In this document: positions 58,504-64,000 of the stretch, in pieces
Position numbering within the stretch: position 1 is the first letter of the stretch
Layout of the letters: each line of letters starts with the position of its first letter
Assembly (NCBI GenBank): GCA_041740355.1
Contig: JBGSMD010000006.1
Span: 1 to 64,000, forward strand
Direction: 5' to 3'
From: Bdellovibrionota bacterium
GTDB taxonomy: Bacteria; Bdellovibrionota_C; UBA2361; CALJRW01
DNA: 64,000 nt
Program-made: the position numbers and the translations under genes
The notes under the pieces: generated by a model
The model's database searches: none
Seen by the model: the letters and a program-made list of their open reading frames with translations, nothing else
Told to the model about the DNA's origin: nothing

Positions 58504-59550
58504 CTAATCTAAGCCGACACTCAATACTAACCATCTCCGCTCCGAAAAACCACCGGAGCGGGATGCCGCCATAGATGAGGTCATCTTAGTTTGAAAGATA
58601 AAATGAAACTGTCCATCAACTAGAGCTGATTCAGGGGGATGGGGGTCGCGCGCCTTATCTTTCACAGCGGTGTGAATTAAACTATTAAAAATTTCCGAAC
58701 CAGAATTAGTGACAAGTTTTGTACTTACCAGATTTCCCTCAGGATCTAGTTTTGCAATGACTGTGGCATTTCCTGTAATTTTCTGAACCTCTTGATAGTT
58801 TAACTGTTTCCAGGCACGATTTTTTAGTTCATTAAAAACTTGAATGGCAACTCGCCTAACAAAAACAGCATATTTAGAAGCTTTTGTATTTAATAAAGTA
58901 ATTTCACCTTCACGAATATTTGGTAGTAAATCGGGACTACCACCTTGTCCTGCAAAAAGACTTCCAGCTAAAGCGGAATTTAAATTATTTTGAGTTTTAG
59001 TTTGAAGATCCAGAGCTTTTTCCCTTGGCTCAATTTGTTTTTCAAATTTTATCTCGGGAGTAATTTTTTTGCCAGGTGTTTCTTGGGAAGTTTTTTCTTT
59101 TACTGGTAGAGGAGTTTCCGTTTTTTTTGTTACGGACGTTTTCTTAATCATTTCGGTTTTAGAACTCGGTTTAGCCAGTGTTTGTTTTGGAATTGGTTTC
59201 CCACCATCTCCACGTTTAATACTTTCTTCTAGAATGGAATTGTTTTGCTCAGCTTCTTTAAATTCTTGCTTAGGCATTACTTTATTGACCTTTTCTGATT
59301 CGCTAACAATTTGTTTCTTATTATTAAATAGCTCTGGGGAAAGTTCCACAGCTAAAACTTTTTGAATCTTAGGAAGATTATCTTTAGAGAATAAGCCTGT
59401 AAAATTGAGGTAGACTAGAAAAAATAAAATGATGTGGAATAAGGCCGAGACGGTAAGTGCTAAGAGTTGCACTTCGCGGTCAGTAGAACGTAAGATAATT
59501 AGTCTATTTGGAGTATTGGTCCATTTTTGTTCAAAGTTTAAGTCTGGCAC
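58504..59550 (-). CDS. TonB-family protein
   Basis: N-terminal TM with SALFH, K/P/E-rich linker, C-domain (LLNT...YA.F, G.L......SGS..F...PHPP). Confidence 0.8.
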   Translation of the reverse strand: MPDLNFEQKWTNTPNRLIILRSTDREVQLLALTVSALFHIILFFLVYLNFTGLFSKDNLPKIQKVLAVELSPELFNNKKQIVSESEKVNKVMPKQEFKEAEQNNSILEESIKRGDGGKPIPKQTLAKPSSKTEMIKKTSVTKKTETPLPVKEKTSQETPGKKITPEIKFEKQIEPREKALDLQTKTQNNLNSALAGSLFAGQGGSPDLLPNIREGEITLLNTKASKYAVFVRRVAIQVFNELKNRAWKQLNYQEVQKITGNATVIAKLDPEGNLVSTKLVTNSGSEIFNSLIHTAVKDKARDPHPPESALVDGQFHFIFQTKMTSSMAASRSGGFSERRWLVLSVGLD

Positions 59551-59660
59551 TAATTAGTTATCTTCATAAATTTAAGTCACTTTAACAGTGAAACGTTTGT
59601 TCTTCAATTTGTTCAGGCTAAAGCTTCAGAAAATCTTCTAATAACTTCTCCGCTGACGTC

Positions 59661-59782
59661 TTTATCGCGTCAAAACCCTATAAAATCTTCCGAGTTTATA
59701 ATAATTTCTGGCGACGATGGATTTATCACGTCAAAGCCCTATAAAGTCTTTGAAGTTTATAATAATTTCTGGCGACGACGGA
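59661..59782. repeat. Two 61-bp tandem repeats upstream of tRNA-Met
   Basis: Units at 59661-59721 and 59722-59782 share TTTATC.CGTCAAA.CCCTATAAA.TCTT...AGTTTATAATAATTTCTGGCGACGA.GGA. Confidence 0.85.
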
Positions 59783-59856
59783 GAGTTATACTACAATCAT
59801 TCTTACCTAATTTCCGCACCACTTGATATAATTTCTGTAATGATCTACAATATTTG

Positions 59857-59931
<75 letters not shown>

Positions 59932-59933
<2 letters not shown>

Positions 59934-60007
59934 TTCTCCCCTTTTGGGAAGCTCGGCATAATGGTTAATAAATGCATCGTCCTTTTGCTTCCCAAAAGGG
60001 GAGAATG
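59932..60007. terminator. Perfect 21-bp inverted repeat immediately after tRNA-Met
   Basis: CATTCTCCCCTTTTGGGAAGC-N34-GCTTCCCAAAAGGGGAGAATG. Confidence 0.55.
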
Positions 60008-60152
60008 TCACGTCGAAGCCCTCCAATATCTTCCAAATTCCCAATATCTTCTAGTAAATTGTTTTTCTCCTAAACGCTTCCCTCACACCCACAATTGCAC
60101 CCAACTTTAAGCAGTGGTATAAAACTGCATCAAATCCTTTAATGACTATTTT

Positions 60153-60305
60153 ATGAAAAACCTACTCTATTTATCCTTATTTGTGGCTCTAACTTTCTCT
60201 GCTTGCCAAAAACTGCCACTGCCATCTGCTGACATCAAAGAGCCTAACGATAATGTAAAGTATACTCAAGAAGTACGCGTAATTACTCCTGATGTAACGC
60301 AATAA
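60153..60305 (+). CDS. Small lipoprotein (50 aa; not in the ORF track)
   Basis: MKNLLYLSLFVALTFSA-CQKLPLP...; lipobox FSAC; ends 12 bp before the next gene. Confidence 0.7.
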   Translation: MKNLLYLSLFVALTFSACQKLPLPSADIKEPNDNVKYTQEVRVITPDVTQ

Positions 60306-60317
60306 ACAATAAATCAT

Positions 60318-61385
60318 ATGTTAAATTACAGTGGTGTCTTTTCTAGAGCTCAAGCTAGGGAGCATGAGTCGGTCATATTTTTTTATTGTCCTGTAACTAA
60401 GTTAAAAGCTATCGTTGCCGTGCACAGCACTGCTTTAGGGCCAAGCTTAGGAGGATGTAGAATTAAGAATTACAGTAGCGAGGAGGAAGCTCTAGAAGAT
60501 GTAACTCGTTTGTCTGAGGGGATGTCTTATAAAAACTCCATTGCTGGACTTAATCTAGGTGGTGGGAAAGCCTGTATTATCGCCGACTCGCATTTAGATG
60601 AAGGGCGAGATGAGTTATTTACGCAGTTTGGTAAATATTTAAATACTCTTGGTGGGACCTATTACACTGCCGAAGATATGGGAACTAAAGTTTCTGATAT
60701 TCAAACTATTAAACAAGTTAGTAATTATTGTGTTGGTTTTGCTGAAGAAGCAGGTGGTAGTGGTGATCCTTCTCCGTGGACTGCCAAAGGTGTTTTTGAA
60801 AGTTTAAAAACAGTAGTCGAGCAAAAACTAAATAAAAAAGTTTCTGAAATTACAGTCGCTATTGAGGGAATCGGAAAAGTTGGTTACGGCTTAGCAGAAC
60901 ATTTGCAACAACATGGTGCTAAGTTAATTGTGACCGATGTTAACCAAGTAAATCTTGATCGCGCTAAAAATGAATTAGGCGCCAAGCTTGTTGCCCTAAA
61001 TGATATTCATAAAGTTGAGTGTGATGTTTTTGCACCTTGTGCCATTGGCCAGACAATTAATAAAAAAACTATTAAGAGCCTGACTTGTAAAGTAATTTTA
61101 GGTGCAGCGAATAATCAAATCAGTGATTCTTCCATGTGGTCAGAAATAACTGATCGCGGAATTCTTTATTGCCCAGATTTTGTTGTTAATGCCGGAGGAG
61201 TTATCTCTGTTGGAGCTGAACTAAATCAGGGTGGCTGGAGTCGTGACTGGGTTCATAATAAAATTATGCAAATTCCAAATACTCTAATTAAGATTCTTAA
61301 TGACGCGGAAAAGCAGTCACAATTTCCTGAAGAAACAGCTATTTATTTAGCTAAAAAACGGATTAAAGATAAGACAATTCTCTAA
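60318..61385 (+). CDS. Glu/Leu/Phe/Val dehydrogenase (leucine dehydrogenase-like)
   Basis: LGPSLGGCR, GMSYKN, GGGKA, TAEDMGT, GDPSPWTA, GIGKVG, GAANNQ, PDFVVNAGG. Confidence 0.93.
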   Translation: MLNYSGVFSRAQAREHESVIFFYCPVTKLKAIVAVHSTALGPSLGGCRIKNYSSEEEALEDVTRLSEGMSYKNSIAGLNLGGGKACIIADSHLDEGRDELFTQFGKYLNTLGGTYYTAEDMGTKVSDIQTIKQVSNYCVGFAEEAGGSGDPSPWTAKGVFESLKTVVEQKLNKKVSEITVAIEGIGKVGYGLAEHLQQHGAKLIVTDVNQVNLDRAKNELGAKLVALNDIHKVECDVFAPCAIGQTINKKTIKSLTCKVILGAANNQISDSSMWSEITDRGILYCPDFVVNAGGVISVGAELNQGGWSRDWVHNKIMQIPNTLIKILNDAEKQSQFPEETAIYLAKKRIKDKTIL

Positions 61386-61401
61386 TAAATTAACTATACT
61401 T

Positions 61402-61851
61402 ATGTCTAACGAAATTCCAGCTAGTTTTCTAAAAAGATATCTTGCTGGGTCTCTTGATTGTATAATTATTTTTATTGTTGCGCTTATCTTTCGTTATCTT
61501 CTGAACTTATTACTACCAGATAATTACAGTCACTTTCAGATTATTCAGTTAACTCAATTTTGCACGTATGCTGTAGTTTTCGCATATTTCGGATATTACC
61601 ATTCCCAAGAGGGATCTAGTATTGGTAAGAAAGCGCTTAAATTAAAAATTATAGATCGCAAATCAGGGGGTAATCCTAGTTTTATTAAAAGCGGACTCAG
61701 AAACACTTTTGGAATAATGATCTCGGCAATACCATTCTTCATCGGATTCATTATGATTTTTTTTACAAGAGACCGAATGGCTTTACATGACTATATTTTC
61801 AGTACTCAAGTAGTAGAAGATATAGTCAGTCCAAAAAGTAATTTCCGTTAG
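61402..61851 (+). CDS. RDD-family membrane protein
   Basis: ASFLKRYLAG.LD, G.SIGK..L.LK, R.ALHD....T.VV. Confidence 0.88.
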   Translation: MSNEIPASFLKRYLAGSLDCIIIFIVALIFRYLLNLLLPDNYSHFQIIQLTQFCTYAVVFAYFGYYHSQEGSSIGKKALKLKIIDRKSGGNPSFIKSGLRNTFGIMISAIPFFIGFIMIFFTRDRMALHDYIFSTQVVEDIVSPKSNFR

Positions 61852-61966
61852 GAATTACTTTTTGGGGCTTTCTATCCCCCGCAAGCGTTATAAAATCATA
61901 TAGTTATGACAAAAATCACAAAACTAACTTTTTAATATTCGGAAATTACTTTTTGTCATAACTATA
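61821..61966. mobile_element. Full-length 146-bp MITE-like element with 27-bp imperfect TIRs and TA termini
   Basis: Left TATAGTCAGTCCAAAAAGTAATTTCCG; right CGGAAATTACTTTTTGTCATAACTATA; internal third end-like unit at 61899-61915. Confidence 0.65.
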
Positions 61967-62022
61967 ATACTTCACCACATAAGAGTACTTAGTCCCGACA
62001 TATTCTGATAGGCCTATATTTA

Positions 62023-62445
62023 TTACAGCAAATATTCTAAATCCAAATTAGAGTTTGCTGTTTCAAAAATGCTTGCGACGAACTTATAATATTCTTCTGC
62101 TTCTTTTTTGCTAAAGCTTTTACCGCCTGAATACAGCTCAGCATTTCGCATTAGTCTCATTTTATTGCCGATGAGTAAAATGTCTTCATTTTCTAGAATT
62201 TCAGCTAGTTTTTCGATCACTTTAATATGATGGCCTAATGTGCTTTTGATCCTAACTCCTCCCACTTTTGCAATCACTGCAATGCCTAATTTGAGTAATG
62301 CTTGGTAACTGTAAGTAAAACGTACCTCTTGAAAGTTAACTTCCTTTGCGATCTTAAGATCACGCAAAGCTGCTTCAAATAGAGAATTAAAATCGTCTTG
62401 ACTGAAAGATACTTTTTCAAAAAAATTATCATCAAATTTTTTCAT
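62023..62445 (-). CDS. HEPN-domain protein (putative toxin)
   Basis: A.RDL.IA, YQA, GHH, R..RNAELY (Rx4Y variant); 4-bp overlap with the MNT gene. Confidence 0.75.
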   Translation of the reverse strand: MKKFDDNFFEKVSFSQDDFNSLFEAALRDLKIAKEVNFQEVRFTYSYQALLKLGIAVIAKVGGVRIKSTLGHHIKVIEKLAEILENEDILLIGNKMRLMRNAELYSGGKSFSKKEAEEYYKFVASIFETANSNLDLEYLL

Positions 62446-62984
62446 ACTAATCCAATTTTTTTGCCTTTCATTACAGTCTTAACAAAAGTATCGTCATTTT
62501 TTCTTTTCTCAAATTCATCTTTAGTGATACTAAACAAATTTATCTCACGGTCTGTATTTTTTTGGATCTTCGAAAGTTCTTTTTGTAGATGGATGGTGTC
62601 GTGATCTCCAACAATAAATATGTCAATATCACTACCAGCATTCATACTATCTTTCGCATAGGAACCATAAATAAAAGCAGAACCTATACCATGTATATTA
62701 CTTAAAATTTCTTTCAGGAGATATTCAATGCCGATAGTTGATAAGATTATTTTTTTATAATGTTCTAAAAGTGGATAGTTATGATTTAGCTTGTAAAATC
62801 TTTGCAGGCCTCTTTGTCGGCTTATAAAGATCCCTTCATTCTCAATTTCTTTAAGTTTTCTGGTTAAATTTCCACTATCAACTTCAAACTTTGAGCTCAT
62901 TTCGTTGATATAAAGTTCTGCTTCTGGATGGAGCATAAAATAACTTAAAACTTTTTTGGTAATTTTAGATTTTAAACTAATCAT
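62442..62984 (-). CDS. wHTH-MNT nucleotidyltransferase (putative antitoxin)
   Basis: N-terminal wHTH; YGSYAK......SDIDI (GSx10DxD). ATG at 62984 with CAGGA RBS preferred over the track start. Confidence 0.85.
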   Translation of the reverse strand: MISLKSKITKKVLSYFMLHPEAELYINEMSSKFEVDSGNLTRKLKEIENEGIFISRQRGLQRFYKLNHNYPLLEHYKKIILSTIGIEYLLKEILSNIHGIGSAFIYGSYAKDSMNAGSDIDIFIVGDHDTIHLQKELSKIQKNTDREINLFSITKDEFEKRKNDDTFVKTVMKGKKIGLV

Positions 62985-62990
62985 TTTGTC

Positions 62991-63030
62991 CTGTAATATA
63001 ATACAGTAAGTACTGTAATATATTACAGTA
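62991..63030. promoter_or_regulatory. Two tandem CTGT-N8-ACAG palindromic operators
   Basis: CTGTAATATAATACAG (62991-63006) and the perfect palindrome TACTGTAATATATTACAGTA (63011-63030). Confidence 0.7.
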
Positions 63031-63298
63031 AAAGCCTCAATCCCTTTATAAGTCTTCAAAAATACCGTATATTTTTGAAGTGAGTGATTAAAAATTTACA
63101 AATTTAAAGTCGAATTAGGCAAAAGTGAGCCTGTCCAAGGAATCGCTATTTTGATCCGGCATGAAAAATAAAAAGTTTATTCGTTATTCGAGAGATTAGA
63201 CTGTTTGTTGTATTAAAAAAATTGATTTGCATGGAAGGAGTAGGATTATTTAATAAACAATAATCCCTTATGAGTTTCTTCAGTGAATTTACCGTTTG

Positions 63299-63546
63299 TA
63301 TACTAAAGGCCATAAGGTTTGAACCTGACGGCTTGCAAAAAAGCTTCCACCTTCGCTAAAGCTACGGCGGACAAGATAAGCTTTTTCCGTTTATCGGGTT
63401 TTTAGTATATTTGTTTTCCCCAGCAGAAATGCTTGTAAAACAGGCCTTTCTGCCTTAGCGACCCCCTAGGGTCGCTACAAGTGCTTCGCACTTGATATAC
63501 TAGGCGACTGATTTATAACGGTAATTTTAAATGTCGCCTAGTATAT
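63299..63546 (+). promoter_or_regulatory. Multi-hairpin leader upstream of uvrB (leader motif copy C, 63396-63454)
   Basis: TTTAGT..TGTTTTC.....GCAGAAA-stem-TTTCTGC plus hairpins at 63456-63477, 63478-63494 and 63495-63546. Confidence 0.45.
63345..63375 (-). repeat. 31-bp REP-like palindrome, copy 2
   Basis: Reverse complement is CTTGTCCGCCGTAGCTTTAGCGAAGGTGGAA. Confidence 0.8.
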
Positions 63547-63571
63547 TTATTCAGTATTCAATTTAACTCTT

Positions 63572-64000
63572 ATGGCTAAGCGCGAATTCACACCTTCCCC
63601 TGGAAAATTTAAACTGGAATCTACCTTTGAGCCCAGAGGAGATCAGCCAACTGCGATTGCTGGTTTGATTGAAAGTGTTAATGCCAAAAACACTTATCAA
63701 ACACTTCTTGGTATTACTGGTTCAGGGAAGACTTATACCATCGCCAAGGTTATTGAATCCGTTAATCGTCCGGCACTTATTATTGCTCCTAACAAAACCT
63801 TAGCTGCCCAGCTCTATAATGAGTTTAGAGAATTCTTTCCAAGTAATAACGTGCATTATTTTGTCAGTTATTATGACTATTACCAACCAGAAGCTTACCT
63901 TCCAACTTCTGATACTTACATCGAAAAAGACTCTTCAATAAATCAGGAGATAGATAAATTACGCCATGCGGCTACACGCGCAATTCTAGAATCAAGAGAT
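63572..64000 (+). CDS. uvrB: Excinuclease ABC subunit B (5' part, runs off the window)
   Basis: Own translation: [52 protein letters not shown]. Confidence 0.97.
   Translation, partial: MAKREFTPSPGKFKLESTFEPRGDQPTAIAGLIESVNAKNTYQTLLGITGSGKTYTIAKVIESVNRPALIIAPNKTLAAQLYNEFREFFPSNNVHYFVSYYDYYQPEAYLPTSDTYIEKDSSINQEIDKLRHAATRAILESRD

Noticed and set aside
59661-59782. CRISPR array
   Set aside because: Two adjacent 61-bp units with no unique spacers; no cas genes in the window.

Overview
AT-rich chromosomal window from a diderm bacterium. The gene complement (PilT/PilU, TonB-family protein, ECF sigma/anti-sigma, secreted hydrolases) looks deltaproteobacteria/Bdellovibrionota-like, but this taxonomy is a low-confidence inference. 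Housekeeping backbone: mfd, pilT-pilU, tsaC/sua5, rplU-rpmA-obgE-rsfS, lepB, polA, RNase II-family gene, pgpA, minCDE, folD-gcvT divergent from ald-gcvH-gcvP, initiator tRNA-Met, leucine dehydrogenase and the 5' part of uvrB. Most interesting loci: (1) a translationally coupled 7-gene operon (7042-13523) of membrane proteins, a GlmL-like ASKHA ATPase and a barrel-sandwich/KOW-like protein, with no glutamate mutase nearby, joined to pilT-pilU and an LbH acyltransferase; (2) an isolated traF-like/two exported proteins/traG-like operon with no other conjugation genes in the window; (3) a recurring multi-hairpin leader motif upstream of mfd, minC and uvrB; (4) a TA-ended MITE-like repeat family and a 31-bp REP-like palindrome family; (5) a three-gene operon of large orphan proteins; (6) three toxin-antitoxin-type pairs, one with tandem CTGT-N8-ACAG operators. 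All protein family calls come from motifs recognised by eye; no database search was run.
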